From Psammoneis japonica (lineage: Eukaryota): a DNA stretch of 64,000 bases. Positions within the stretch are counted from its first letter, which is position 1. Each line of letters opens with the position of its first letter. This document shows, in pieces, positions 12,894-26,718 of this stretch. The notes below the pieces were generated by a model. It did no database searches. It was not told where the DNA came from and saw only the letters and a list, made by a program, of their open reading frames with translations. The translations under genes and the position numbers were made by a program. The stretch lies in assembly GCA_008632985.1 (NCBI GenBank), contig QPGO01000187.1, positions 1-64,000 of the forward strand, in the 5' to 3' direction.

Positions 12894-14264
12894 ATGAGAA
12901 CCTTCTCCAGTGCGTTACTTATCCTAGTACTCTCTTTTTGGAATCCAAGAAACGCGAGGGGAGCATCACGACCAAGAGGGAACGAAAAACAACAAGCCGA
13001 CGACATTGTGGTACTCGAGAAACGCTATCATGACACGGCTCGCAAGATTGAAGCGTGGCAAGAATTAGAAACCAAAGAATGCGCAGCTACTGCCGCCAAT
13101 GATGTAGACGCAACAACTCCATCCAACATTGAGGGAATCAAGCATCTTCCATCCAAAGAAATGATTGGTGTAGAAGAAGATATGCTGCACTTGTGTGCCA
13201 CGGTCGCTGGTGGTGTATATGAAGCTGCGTCGCGGCGAGACTTTGAGAAGCTTTTGGAAGAGTCCAATATCCGAGACATGTTTCCAGACTTGACGGTACG
13301 CTTTTTTCAAAATGGAGTCACCTTTGGACGGGATTTGTTGTCGGAGCGATTGTCTTTGAATGCTCCGACATTTGTTGGACTCATTACAGGATCAACGCTC
13401 GTTTTGGGTTGGCGAGGGACAGTGACAATCAAAGACATCATTGCCGATGCCAACATTGATTCCGTGTCACCATGGAACAAGTTGCAGGGACTTGGTGTTC
13501 AGAAAGCATATTATGAAATGATTAGGGATGTCTATCTCAAAAAGCACGCCACGGATATCGTCAATTACGTCAATGGAAAGTACAGCAAGACGCCAAATCG
13601 ATTCAAAAGGGATGGAACTCCCATAACTAGAGTTCTTCTGACTGGGCATTCTCTCGGAGGTGGATTAGCTCAGGTTGCACACCTTTGTATGAGAGCTCCG
13701 CCGGATCATCGTGGATCGTTTTGGACTAAACTTGTTGGAGCGTTAAAGGACGTGGATGTCAAAACCATTGCAATCTCTGCACCCATGACAACAGTCTTGG
13801 ATGAGCCTTCCGAAGATACTCTGAGCTTTTTACAAGACTCGATTGAACCTTTTATGCGCAATGTTGTTTTTAACGCTGACGTTGTACCGAGAGGATACTC
13901 GGATGTTGAGTTTATTGATGACTTTTTGAATGCCTTTCTGGACGATGCAACCAAGGCGTCGTCTGACGTTGCCGATCAGTTTGCCAGATCCTTTGTCAAT
14001 TTGCATTTGAGTTTCTTTAAAATGAGAGGAATGATGGAACAAGCCAAGCTCTATCGACATGTCGGCAAGCTCATTTATTACGATACCCCGGACTCTGTGC
14101 CGGTCTTGTATGTGGATAGTTCAGAGGAAGCAGATGAGAAGATACGGTTTCGAAGCTTGAGATATGGACCCAAAACCAAAGTGGCAGATACCGCCTTGGA
14201 AAATCACATGGTGTTGGTTTCTGGACCGGGACTTGTAGCAAGCCCCGCCACATCTGCGAAATAA
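12894..14264 (+). CDS. Secreted class 3 lipase
   Basis: 456-aa ORF with signal peptide, LGWRGT lid motif, VLLTGHSLGG nucleophile elbow, DVVP acid and a C-terminal His (ENH). Confidence 0.9.
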   Translation: MRTFSSALLILVLSFWNPRNARGASRPRGNEKQQADDIVVLEKRYHDTARKIEAWQELETKECAATAANDVDATTPSNIEGIKHLPSKEMIGVEEDMLHLCATVAGGVYEAASRRDFEKLLEESNIRDMFPDLTVRFFQNGVTFGRDLLSERLSLNAPTFVGLITGSTLVLGWRGTVTIKDIIADANIDSVSPWNKLQGLGVQKAYYEMIRDVYLKKHATDIVNYVNGKYSKTPNRFKRDGTPITRVLLTGHSLGGGLAQVAHLCMRAPPDHRGSFWTKLVGALKDVDVKTIAISAPMTTVLDEPSEDTLSFLQDSIEPFMRNVVFNADVVPRGYSDVEFIDDFLNAFLDDATKASSDVADQFARSFVNLHLSFFKMRGMMEQAKLYRHVGKLIYYDTPDSVPVLYVDSSEEADEKIRFRSLRYGPKTKVADTALENHMVLVSGPGLVASPATSAK

Positions 14265-14441
14265 ATTGGAATTGTAATGTTGCAACCGCTACTTATAGTA
14301 GATCGGGAATATCGAGTATCAACCCACCCCCCTGGGCAATGCAATTAAGAAGAGTTCATGCCAGGATCAAGACTCACGGAGGAACCGAATAAGACTTTAG
14401 CCATTTAACTCAAAACTATGCCATAGTCCAGTGCATTTCCC

Positions 14442-17400
14442 CTATTCCTCAAGTTTCTCCAGCTCCAACAGAGCATCACGTTCAAACTGCAGAAGCGTCG
14501 CTTCTTGTTGAACTTCTGTGTCAGCAATTTCATGGCTACACTTTTCATATGGGAGCAATCAGAAATATTATAGGGGTCCTGCAAAGCACAAAGGACATTC
14601 TAAGATCCTCTGATGTGGCTAGTGCGCTAGTGCTGCCTCTACGTTGCGAATGCTTCCCACTTCTCGCTCTTTCAGTGCCACAGGATCTGATGCTCGTCTT
14701 AGCTGCGAAGATGGCCTGCACCACTTGGGCCTTCGTAGTGCTTGATGGTCACTCCACAGTCCATTTCATCAACACAATCGTTTCTTACACGCTGAACTTT
14801 TGGCACCTATAGCGGCGCTCATTGCATCCCATCTCAGCGCAGCGGCCACCGTTCATCAACGCCTTTGAAAACGTCTTGAATGAAGGAGGTGACCCCTGAG
14901 ACACGTCGCATATTCGCGATACGTTTCCGGCTGCTCACGGGATGGTACAGAGGTCTCCCACTCCTTTCATGAACGTACAACATTTCTGCCAAAATAGAGC
15001 CTCGTTCTGGCTGCGACTGTCTGGCTAACGATCCGGATCCTCGATGCTTTCAAGAAGACGACCTTTGAGTTGTTCGGCAGGGTCGTATGATGCACCGGAA
15101 AAACGGAAAACATGCAGCTGGATCCCCGGAAGTGGCACGAACAATGCGCATACATACGATTGACAATTAAGCGAACCGACCGTACTTAGTATTCGCTATA
15201 TGAGAAATAATCAAATTACTCTTACGCAGAACTGTCATCAGCGCTTTGGTCCTTACCAGATCCGTCGTCCTTGACAGAAGAAATCGACGATTCTCCAAAC
15301 GCAATTTTGGAGTCGGACAACAAAGCCCATTCTGCCAAGTAAACCCACTGCCAGTAGCAAAAACTGTTTCTTTGTCAGTTTTTGGAACAAAGTTGGTGGC
15401 GGAAAGAACGAACCGTTTGCTCCCTGTTCAACTTCGGCGTCCTCGTTTCCGTCTCTTCCCTTTCTACAAGCAAAGCAGCGCGTTTCGTTTTTCTTATTAA
15501 TCACGTGGCATGAGTCACACGACCAGCTCTTTCCGTCAGCAAGAAATATATCATTCCATGCCTTCGCGCCGTCCGCTGTCTCATGCTCTGGTGTACTAAG
15601 TGCGGCATTCGGGCTCCACGGCTGTCCTAACGGGTCGTTCCTCGAAGAAGTTGAGGTGTCAGCGACTGACTCGTCGCTGGAGGAGGAGGAATCGTCGCTT
15701 TGCGGCTTGTCATTCGCACCGAATATTGTCTTCGACCTGGATGAAGCCCCACCTTTTCGCCACGCAAATCCACTTCCTTCGAATGGCGAGTTCCAATCCG
15801 TTTTCGGGGTGTTGCCGGTCACATTATTTGAAGCTAAAGCGAAAGGCGATTTCTCATCAATGGCATCCGCTGGCGCCGACGAAGACTCGCTATCAGCATC
15901 TTCTCTGCTACACTTACAGGCAAAGCAACGAGTATCGCCTTCCTTGTTGATTACCTGGCAAGAATTGCAAGCCCAGCTTTTTCCGTCTTCAAGGAAAAAG
16001 TCATTCCAAGATTTCACGTTGTCCGCTGACTCTTGCTCGCGTGCCGTCGTCACCGCGTTTCGCCAGGATGGCTTTGACTCATCTTTGATAGAAGAGGGGA
16101 GATTGCCTCTAGGTGGCTTCTCTTTCACGCCAAACACAATCTTCGAGTTGGCCGATACCGCGCCTTTCCCCCATGTAAATCCACTGCCGGAGAATACGGA
16201 TTCTCTATCCGTTGTGGGGGAGAAGGCGGGAAATGGGAAGGAAAAGCGGCGTGGGCGTCACTGGTCGTGGATTCCGCTGCTTCTCGTGAATCCCTTCATT
16301 GTCATCGTCTCTGTTGCTCTTACAAGCAAAGCAAGTCGAGTCTTCTTCTTCATTAATAACCTGGCAAGAGTTACATGACCAGGTGATTCCCTTCGTTAGG
16401 AACACGTCACCCCACGAAAGCGGTTCTGTGTCATCAGTAAGTTTCGAATCCGTTACAGGCTGGGGATAGCATTCAGCGACGCCGTGGCCTTGTCGCAATT
16501 TATCGAAGCATCTGCAATTTGTCCGCAGACTTCATTGTCCTTAACCGTGCCATCGCCGACAACATCATATGTTGCTTCAGCGCTTGCATCAATCGAGGCA
16601 ATTTCGGTGCCACATTCATCTAGTTGGGCATTATCTGCAATTCGCTCCGTCCAGGTTTTGTAATGAGTGCTTGAGTGTTCAGTCGAACATTCTTTCTTCT
16701 TGGACTCTTCGTTTTTGATTCGCCCGAAATATCGTCGGTGCATTTTTCAAATGTGGTCACGGTTTCAGATTTGCCCGCTACGCCATAGTTTGGCGCAAGT
16801 GATAACGAAGCATTTCCAACATTGTCCTGGACTACTTGGAGACTGCATGCATCGTTTGTGACAGGGGCATCACTCCCGTTGCTTTCATAAGCAATAGCCG
16901 ACTTCGTGCACTCGATTTCTCCTTTTTCGCCTTTATCCACATTGTCCAAGGCCGTGCATGCCGATGGTTTCAAAGACAATGTAGATCCACCTGTCATTGG
17001 CTTAGTCGTCATCTTGATTGAAGACGACACACTTGCATCAAGTGCAATGTCGACCGCATCGTGCTTGACTACACTTTCGCTGCCAATTTCCTGTTTCGAT
17101 GTTGGTGCAAGGGAAGGCGCTGGCTTCGCCGCTCTTGATTCTGCTGCGGGTAAGAGGGAGGACAACGGTGCAGGGGGGTCAATATTTTTTTCAAACATCT
17201 CGGGCGCCGGAGGTTTCTCAGACGTCTCGGTTGCCGGGGTCGAATCCTCCTTCGATTCTTCTTGGTCCATCGACCGCAGTGGAGAATGCAAGAGACTGTT
17301 CTCTCGTGACTCTATGACGTCACTGTCACTGGCGGCGGCACCATGTGTATCCGATGGCTTCGCCGAGGAAGAGATGGGCTTTGCTTCAGGCAGATCAGTA

Positions 17401-18992
17401 TCACTGGTAATGCTTGCGGAAGACATTGAAAGGAAACTTCCACTCGTTTCTACACTGGCACAACTGGGTCGGCTGAGCTTTGCTTCAGTCAGATCTGTCT
17501 CGCTGGTGTCGCTTGTGGAAGAAATTGAAAGGAAACTCGTTTCTACACCGGCACCACCAGGTCGGCTTTCCCAAGGAGCCGACTTGGCGAACTCGATTTT
17601 TCCTTTCTCTTCTTCACCCACATCGTCTAAGTTCGAGCATGTAGACGACTTCGAAGGCGAAGAGGACCCACTTGCTGCTGGCTTGGCCGTCTCGCTGATA
17701 GAGAGCGATTCGCTTTCGTGGACTTCGCTGTCCACCACGTCGGCCTCGATTGCACTTTTCTTGTTCATTTCCTCTTCCTTTGTCGGTGTAACGGATGCTG
17801 ACGGTTTCTTCTCTCTTGATTCTGCCGCTGGTCTGTGGGAGGACAACGATTTGAGGGAATCAATGCCGTTCGCAAACATCGCGGGTGCCCGTGGTTTCTC
17901 AGACGCCTCGGTTGCCAATTTCGAATCCCCCTTCGATTCTTCTTGGTCCATTGGCCGAAGTGGAGAATTCAAGAGGCGCTCTGTTTGTGACTCTACGACG
18001 TCACTGCCTCCCGATGACTTCGCCGAGGACGGGACGAGCATTACTTCAGGCAAATCTGTCTCACTGGTGTCACTTGTGGACGACATGGAAAGGAAGCTTC
18101 CACTCGATTCTACACTGCCAACACTCGGTCGGCTTTTCCAAGAGGCCGGGGTGCTCTCGATTTCTCCTTTCTCGTCTTTGTCCATGTCGTCGAAGCTTGT
18201 GCACGCAAACGAGTTCGAAGGCGACACGGTTCCACCTCTTGTTGTCTTTGAATCAACCTGAATGTTGACACCTGGACGCTCGACTGCATTTTCGTTGTTT
18301 CTTTCCTGTTTCCTTGTCGGTGAAATGGAAGTAGCTGGCTTTGTTCCTGTTGATTCTGTCGCGGATCTGAGAGACCACGACGGTTTGAGGGGATCCACGT
18401 CACTTTCAGCGGTCTCAGTCGCCGGGGTCAAGTCTGCCTTCAAGGGTTCCTTGTTCATCGGCCGTATTGGGGAATGCAAGAGACTATCGCCTCGTGACTT
18501 TAGGACGTCGCTATCACTGGCGGCGGCATTCTGTGTATCCGATAGCTTCGACGGCGACGGAATGTGCGTCTCTTCAGGCAAACCTGTCTCACAAATGCTC
18601 GGCCGGATGACGTCGCTCGTCTCTTCTAAAGCGAGATCAGAGGTGCTTCCAATGGGTTCTCTTGGTTGCGCACTGGCGCCAACTTGCTTGGAGACAAACG
18701 ATTCGGCTTCTTTCATGTCGCTTTCAGGTTCTGAGGAAGAAGATCCCCCCTTGGTGTCCGCTTCCGGAGTTTTCAAAACGGACAGAGACGGACACTCATC
18801 GTTTCGTTCTCCGGCAGAGACGTTATCGGCCGTATTTTCTGTGGTATCAAAGGAGCTGTCACCAGCTCCAGCAAGCGGCAAAGACGAGTTGTTGTCGTCG
18901 TTTTCGAATGCACTCTTGGCCGCTTTACTAGCACTTGACGTCTCCGCAATAACAGCATCAGACACAGACAACGCTTCCTCTTCTGTGCTCAT
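14442..18992 (-). CDS. Large Ser/Glu-rich low-complexity protein with three RanBP2-type zinc fingers (split by frameshifts and probably introns)
   Basis: W-x-C-x2-C-x3-N-x6-C-x2-C at ~16320-16385, ~15910-15975 and ~15460-15525. Internal repeats LL(H/N)SP(I/L)R(P/S)M and SFLS(M/I)SS. Last coding frame ends ...LELEKLEE* at 14442. Exon structure uncertain. Confidence 0.65.
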
Positions 18993-20642
18993 ACGCCACA
19001 GTCAACTATTGTGACAGGCTCCAAAGGGCAATCTTTGTCGTCAGTTTCCACGGAGGCGATCCTATCCAGAAATTGGATTCCCTTTACAACCTTCCCAAAT
19101 ACAACGTGCTTTCCATTCAAGCTTGGCAAGGCGCGAAGAGTGAAGAAGAATTGACTAGAGTTTCGGTTCGGTCCACTGTTGGCCATGCTAAGGAGTCCCT
19201 TTCGTTGTGTTGCATGAAAGCTTCGTCTTGAAAATTCCCCCACAGATCCACCTTTTCAGAGTTTGGTGCAAAGATTGATTCGCCTCCGGTTCCATTCGCC
19301 ATTGTGAGTCACCACCTTGTATGCAAAAATTTGGAACAATACGGTGAAAGGTACTATTCTTGAAAAAAAGAGGCTTGCCTTTGCGTCCAATTCCACATTC
19401 GCCAGTGCAAAGCTTCCTAAAGTTCTCACATGTCATGGAGACCTTGTCTTCAAAGAGCTGCATGTGAATTGTCTCTTCTTGGTCCGTGCCAATTCGAATC
19501 TTCATCCAACATACGGTGCCCTCTCCCTGAGGAGGAGGATATTTGGAATCATACTTGTCTCTTAGCTTTGAGAAGAGCAACTCTTCTCGTCCCTTGTATG
19601 ACGCCAGAGTAGAATCAACCTTATCAAGCTTGGACGGATTGTGTTTTTCATAAAACTCAATCAATCGACTGCGGTATTGGCTGGTTTCAGCACCATCGTC
19701 TTCTATCGGTTTCTCATAGCTTGATCAGACGTCAATCCAAAAGACGGGGTTGAAGAGCTAGCCGGATCAACACTAGCAAAAGGTGAAGGAGTGGTCGACA
19801 ACGTGCTCTTTCCGAACAAAAAGGGCGTATGCGTCAGTGCAGGTTTCTGATCAAGTCCAAACAGTCGATTGGAGCTATCGCATCCTTTGTTTCTTCTCTT
19901 GCTTTCTGAGAAGTCACTCCAAAAGATGGGATCGTCTGTTTGCCGTCATTTCGATCAAAAACAGCAAGGGTGAAGGGGTAGCCGTCGTAAATGCGCTCTT
20001 CCCAAACGACAAAGCAGTGGACGACTGTTTCTGGATCCCACTGGCTAATCCAAAATATTAGTTGCGTTTTGCGAAGCCTCCTTGTCCTGGTTGTCGTTCT
20101 TTCTCGGCTCACCGTTTGCGGGCAAAGAAAATGAGCTCTCAGACGAAGCAACAGCTTTGGTGTATAGTTCAGACTTCTTCTGAATCAGTTCGTTCAGCTC
20201 TTGACTATGTACTGGACTCTCTATTTGAGGTGGGGCATGGTTCTGGTGAATGTCTAAACTGGTCGCAGTTTTCGTTGTCGGATCTTTCTGTGATTTCTGC
20301 TTTCTTCTCGTCAGCTTGGGAGTATCGTAAAAAAATACTTGTTTTCTCGTTTTGTTCGAGCAGGCTTTGAGATGCCAGAAACAGCAACGGGTGAAGCTTC
20401 CTTTGTACTAGTTGGTACTGCACCGCCGCCATTGCTCTTTTTGGTACACACTGATGCATCTCTACTTGCACTACAGAGACTGAGTGTGGTGAAGCAGCGA
20501 CACGCTGAGACGTTCGTTTTCGTGATTGTTCCCATCTCCTTTGAGCTGCCTGAAACCACTGCAACTCTGATTTTGATTTTGGAGATGACAAAGTTGTTGA
20601 GGCCTCGTCGGTAGGTGTATTAGGAGAGAATGCCGTCGCCAT
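18989..20642 (-). CDS. Cyclophilin-type peptidyl-prolyl isomerase with long N-terminal extension
   Basis: [60 protein letters not shown] and VTIVDCG spread over three frames. Preceded by an [10 protein letters not shown]...YKGREELL module. Confidence 0.8.
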
Positions 20643-20739
20643 TGTCGTTCGCTGATCGTTTGCAACAAGAGCAGAAATTATAATTCCAAACTATCGGATT
20701 GGGATCCAGGATGATGATGGACAGACGGACTATCGTATT

Positions 20740-20835
20740 GGGACGTACGTACGTACGTACGTTACGTTCGTACCGGTACTCGTACGTCCGTACGACTGCT
20801 TCTACGTACGTACGGACGGACGGACAATATTACTG
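20740..20835. repeat. (TACG)n-like microsatellite upstream of the cyclophilin gene
   Basis: GGACGTACGTACGTACGTACGTTACGTTCGTACCGGTACTCGTACGTCCGTACG...CTACGTACGTACGG. Confidence 0.8.
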
Positions 20836-21249
20836 TACAGTACTCTCCCTCGCCTCTCGATCGCTCTCGCTCTCTCGCTTCGGCTCTCCCTTTGCTTTGT
20901 GATTTGTGATCTTTTTCGCATTTCGTTGCTTCGTTCCAACTTCTGCTCTGTACCATGTACCATATGCTGACAAAATGCCGTGGATGCACTTATTGTACCG
21001 GTACGTGATAAAGCGGGCTCGGCTGCCGCACCAGCAAAAGAGGGACGCAACATCATCCACTATGTATGGACAGGACACGCATAAGAAATGCACTACAAAC
21101 CTTACTATGTATGGACAGCGACCGTTACAATTCAGCCCTTCTCTACAGGCCGCACAATCATGTTTTCAATCTAGTACATCCTTGGGCAAAGAATGAATAA
21201 ATGCATCATAAATCGTACCTCTCACGAGGGCTCTGCATGACTAAGGCAC

Positions 21250-21888
21250 CTAAGGAGCCAAGAAGGCACAGATGTCGACGACGGGCCTCTTGCCTTCATA
21301 GTCAACAATGGTGTACTTCACTGTTTCTGATTCTTTCTCAAAGGTGACAGTGCCACCCTGCACTTCATACATTCCATACACTTGGTCAGGGATTTCTTCG
21401 ACGTAGCTTGTCTGCCCGGAAGGACGGAGGAGGACAAAGTGACCATGGAATTTGAATTCACCGATTTCACCTGCAGGCGGTGGATCTTGGAGATGGCCAC
21501 CTTTCCCTTTGCCGATGTACCCATCCCCTTCTACCAGCGTGCAAGGGTCTTCGACAGGATTCATAGGATCCCATGCATCGCTCAAGCGATAGTACCCAGC
21601 ATCGGCTTTGACGCCAACATCTTTCCCTTCAAGCGCCGCTGCTGCGCTATCTGGCCTCTCCAAGCCATCTCCAAAAAAGCCTGCGATAGCGACAGGAAAG
21701 TCACAAAGTGCAGGTAAATCACTCCCGTCAGGGAAGACTATAGGTAGAACCAAAACATTATCGTTGTCGCACGACATAGTGTCTTCCTTAACCCGACCAT
21801 GAAGATGGCGGCTGTTCTTTTGGGCCATGGCACCCGTCGTACCAAGAACACCCAAGAGGGCAATGAAGGCAGAGAGATTGAGCTTCAT
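21250..21888 (-). CDS. Secreted hypothetical protein
   Basis: Signal peptide MKLNLSAFIALLGVLGTTGAMA, ordinary composition, open frame of ~212 aa. Confidence 0.7.
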   Translation of the reverse strand: MKLNLSAFIALLGVLGTTGAMAQKNSRHLHGRVKEDTMSCDNDNVLVLPIVFPDGSDLPALCDFPVAIAGFFGDGLERPDSAAAALEGKDVGVKADAGYYRLSDAWDPMNPVEDPCTLVEGDGYIGKGKGGHLQDPPPAGEIGEFKFHGHFVLLRPSGQTSYVEEIPDQVYGMYEVQGGTVTFEKESETVKYTIVDYEGKRPVVDICAFLAP

Positions 21889-22499
21889 GATTATAGTGTC
21901 GTTCGGGTTACTTGTCTCGAGTCTGCAAAGCACACACACACAACAGGAGCATGAGCAATTCTATTGGAACCTTTGAACGAGAACAAGAGCGCAAAAATTA
22001 CACCGCCGTTCTCCACCTGCCAGAACGACCTACCACCCGAGCTTCACGTCAAGTGGCACTTACCTTTCACCAACAAGTGGCTAAAATATATGAATGTTTT
22101 TGAGTTGAAAGCTAGTATCTGTGTTTTTGCTGTTTGTGTGTTGCTTTTTATGACGGGAAATGTAGCGAGCAATCGTGGCTCTGTTCAAAACTACGTTGAT
22201 CTTAACTATCTCATCGTTCTTCGGGTTCTCATCTCCGATTTTGTACCAGCGAGTCGTTCAAAGCTACTTTGATTGCAATGTTCTTCAGAATTCTCATCCA
22301 TTGCAATGCTCGTCAGAGTTCTCATCTATTGATGCCATTGATGCCTCATGTCAATGGGTAAAACGTGACTGCATTGAAAATTGTGAACGCAATGTCACGC
22401 AGTGATCTCTGAACACGCGAAAGGCGCTTCGCAAAATAAACTGGACACTGGTACGTAGAAATCGTGTACAACTTGTACCAAGCTGAACTCCCGGGACCC

Positions 22500-25400
22500 A
22501 TTCCTTTTTTGGGCCCAAGAAACCCACAAACACGACAAATCCGCAGTGGTGCCAAAAGGAGACAAATCGACAGCCAGTTGCTGTTCTTACAACCCCATTG
22601 TTCAGCTAAAATGCAACGATGACACTGTGCCAATAAAACACAAACATCAGCACAAGGTAAAAATCCAAAGCTGTTCATGCAGGTGCAATTGGTTTGTTGT
22701 TTTCAACCCTGCACTTTGATTTTAAATGCTCAACTAAAGTGCCTCCTCATTGTTGGCAGATTGCAGTTGCAATGACCCAATGCGGGTCCACAACACTGAA
22801 AAATTCCCACTCAACCCTGCCCCTCTTTGCTGTCACAGCAGCACCACACGAATGTCTGTGCTCGTGTTTGTGTCCCGTGCATTGGACACTTCCATGTGTT
22901 GATTGTTGCAGCCATTTGGCGGCATCACTGTGACATGCCATCAAGGTTGTGGCCCAACCAAGGCAGTGGCAGGGCAGGGGGGAATCTCTGATTCCTTCAA
23001 GACAATGCAAAATGCAGTGGGGTTGGGAGTTTTCATGCCTTGTTGTCTCACGTGCTTTCCAAGTGGTGGCATCTGAAACAATTGTTGGAGAAGGAGCTGA
23101 GCCAATCAAATCCCAGAAAAGCAGCATGAAGCACATCAAGCACAGCAGAAGACAGGGAGATGTTGGGATTTTTCAACTGAGGATCTTGAAGAGACAAATC
23201 AAACAATGAAATTGTGTAAAAAATGCGAAGAATTTTGGATGTGCACGATGCACACTGTGGGCAAGCTGCTCTCTGCCAACAGTTTGTCAATGGCAGAGAA
23301 GTTTCTTTCATGACCTTGCAGACCCCATGACCCATGTGTCAATGGAGAGCTTGTGATGAGCTTTCAAATGTGCATTGCTTCAAATTTTAGTCACACCCCA
23401 AGTGAATTTGCTGTTGCTGTGATGGGTTCACCGACCGCACATTTCCCGCATTGTTTTTTAACACAATCAGCTTGTCTTGTGGTGTCCTGCCACACAACCA
23501 ACAACTGAAACCCATCACTCATCTCCTCTTTTGGCAATTGCAATGTGGGCAATGGCATCAGCAACTCTCTTCCCCTTTGCCGCTTGTGCATCTGGTGCAT
23601 GCAAATGTCACCATGCTTGTGCGCTTGCCAAGCTTCCTTGGCCATTGCCCGCCCCTCTCTTTGCCCTTGTCTCCTCACTGCTCTCCACACCACACTTCCC
23701 ACTCCTGTTCCCCAGCCCCTTCACAAGGCACCCCTCATTCTCCCAAATTGTCTTCATGGGCTGGCACATCTTCAATGTGTCTCAGACAATTCATTCGCTG
23801 GAGATCCCTTTGTTGCAAAGAATCCCATGGGTGAGTCTCTGTTCCATGCTTTGGTGTGTCCACTCTAAACTTTTTTGGGTCATCATCTGCCAGGTTGATG
23901 TGAACATGACATGTCAAGCAACTGTTGTGACAATTGTTGTTCAACAAAGTGTTCCATGTCATCATCTCTGGCGAATCTCCAATTGGACAAAAGCCACAAT
24001 TTTTTGCATCATTTTCATCCATGTGCATGCCTCCAATTGGCAAGAGCCATCTCTTGTGGTGATCTTTTTCTGCATCCACTTCATTGTTTCCTTTGTCATC
24101 ATCAAGAATGATGCATTGCAGCAGAAGTGTCAGTCCTTCCTGTGTGCCCCCCCTTGCAAAACTTCTCACACACTCCTTCACAATTTGCTTGATCAGTTCT
24201 GTTGCACAGACAGAGGGTGAGAGAGCTGCAGATCTCATTGTGTCATTTTTCCCCTTTGTCACCACACTTGGCAAGGTGTGGGTTTTCAGCAGTGTGACAA
24301 TCAATGTCAGGCAGAGCATTTTCATCAATGTAGTTGACAGCACTCTTGAGGAATTTGTGCAATGCTTTGAGGGAAACTCTTGTTTCATTGGCAACAATGG
24401 ATTGCAGCTTGTCTTCAAAAAGGCATTCACCAATTCCTCAATGGGCCGGAGGACATTCTGTGATTTTCAATCTTCTTTGTGGTGGCATCTCCCAGTTTCT
24501 TGATGTTGGTGAGTGATTCATTTTGACAAAGCACCCCAGCCTCACCTGTCAAGTGCAACCAGAATGGGTTGGGTTTCACACCCTTGACTTGCCTTGTCTT
24601 GCTTTGCATTTTTGATGGAAAATGTTAGGAATGGAAACAAGGATCTTACCAGAGCATGCAAACAGCTCCAATGAGACCCCATGTGCCCTTCTTGTCTGTC
24701 ATCTTGCTTCTTAATGGCACACTCCCACAGCACATGCAGACCTCTTTCTCATGTTCAACATTCAGCACCTTGACTTTCTCATCACCACAGGTTCTGTTGT
24801 CTGCATTGTGTCAAACATGACAAAGCAGTGACATGCTGACAAGTTGCCAGAATAAAAAAAAGACAATGGGGCACACCAGGTTCTTGCCAACATCAAGTTT
24901 CCCACTTTCATCCAGTGGGAGCTGAAGCCTGCAGCACACTGTCCCTGCTCCAATTCCACCAATCGCACACTTCTTGTGTGTCTCATCTCAATGCAACATT
25001 TGCTTTGCCTTCAATTTGGGCACTTTGTTGGGATTCCTTCAATCTGGTGTTTCCCCATTGGCTCTCTTCTGAGCCTTGATCATTTCCAACTAGATCAATG
25101 ACTGACAAGTCCAGTTGTGCCACCCTCATGACCATGGAGAATTGGGATCTCTGCTCCCCTTTTTCATCTTTTTGACTTTCTGCACTTTTCCTCTCATCCA
25201 CTTGACCAAACTGTAAACAGGCCTTTTTGCAAGAGCATCCTCTTTTGCTCATGATGGTGCTTGTTACAAACTGGCAGCATTGTCTGAGGCACCAAAAGCT
25301 CACTTTGGAGATTGTTGGCAATAATCTTGGCCTCTGGCGAGTCTGTTGACAAAATTCAAGGTCAACCAAGAGGTGCACCTGTCTTGATTGTGTCACCCTT

Positions 25401-26686
25401 GCATTCTTTGCATTTTTCATGGAGGTGCGTTGCGCAAGATGTTGTTGATGTTCAAAGCAGGGGGGTGTGCCAAGGTTCTTCTTGATTGCAGGTGTCACTC
25501 CATTCTGACTGTCCCATTCCTCCTCAGGAGGCATGTCAAGAAGCTCAACAAAAAGACAAGCTGTGGCATGTCACCAAGCTTTGTTCACATTGATGACACA
25601 CCTTTGCAGTGATCATCACACAAAGCTTGTTCAATGAGATGTCATCACTCACAATCTTGATTCCATTTTCTCATGGATGATGGTCATCATTGGGTTTGCC
25701 AGCTGCACTTTGCAGCACTTGCACATTGTTTTTAGATTTAGTTGGCACCCCAAACTCAACCAAGATCTCTTCAGGAGGTTGCTTGTGCTTCTTGTGAGAC
25801 TCAACAGGTTTCTTGACAAGCTCAGATTGTTTCCTTTTGGGCAGAGTTGGTTTGTGGTTCACCACTGCAAGAACTGCCACTGGCAGTGTGTGGAAGCATG
25901 TGGTTTGATTTTTGTTTTGTGTTCTGGATGGGGTTGGATGAAGATGGAAATCAATGCATTGTGGCCACCACATGGGGCCACAAAAGGAACAACCCAATTG
26001 AAACCAGCAATGCTTTTCACACAACAAACAATCACTTGACAATTTGTCTGTTGCACTGCTCAATTGCACCCATGCCTTTCAGCAAATCAGCACACTCAGC
26101 CCACATGTTGGCCCTCCTGGTAGATTTTGTCTTCCAATCCTCAACATCATCTTGTTCAGGGTGATCCTCAGATGGCCACGTGCCTCACTTGCATTGCTTG
26201 GTTGTCTGGGTTGACAAATCCTTGACCAACAAGACAAGGAGGATTTGCTCTTCATGAAAATCCTTGATGAAGTCATGGAATTCTTTGCACTCAGGCTCTT
26301 CTCCCATCACTGCAGTGCACAAGGCAGGATGCTTCTAGAGTGCAATGATGTGAGCAACAAATTGGCCAAAGATCCTGAGAAAGCCATGCTTTGCAAGGTT
26401 GGGTTTTGTGTTGGGGTGCCTCTTGGGAGGATCTAATTGTTCAGCATTGAAACAGGACATGATCCATGTGTCCTTCCCAGAGAAAGGATTCAATTCCCTG
26501 GGCTTCTTGGAGGCAGCTGGCTTCTTGGCAGATTCTTCTGATCTGTCATTGGAACTTTTGGCAGATTCTTCAGATTCAGCATTGAAATCAGGCTTCTTGG
26601 CACATGTGGAAGCTGCCTTCTTAGAAGTGTTAGACTCAGGCTTCTTGACAGCAGCAGCTGCAGCACTGGCAGCAGCTCAGCACCAG

Positions 26687-26718
<32 letters not shown>

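Noticed and set aside
16906..19014. Long + strand ORFs (451 and 250 aa), and similar ones opposite ECM29
   Set aside because: Antisense shadows of real minus-strand coding sequence.
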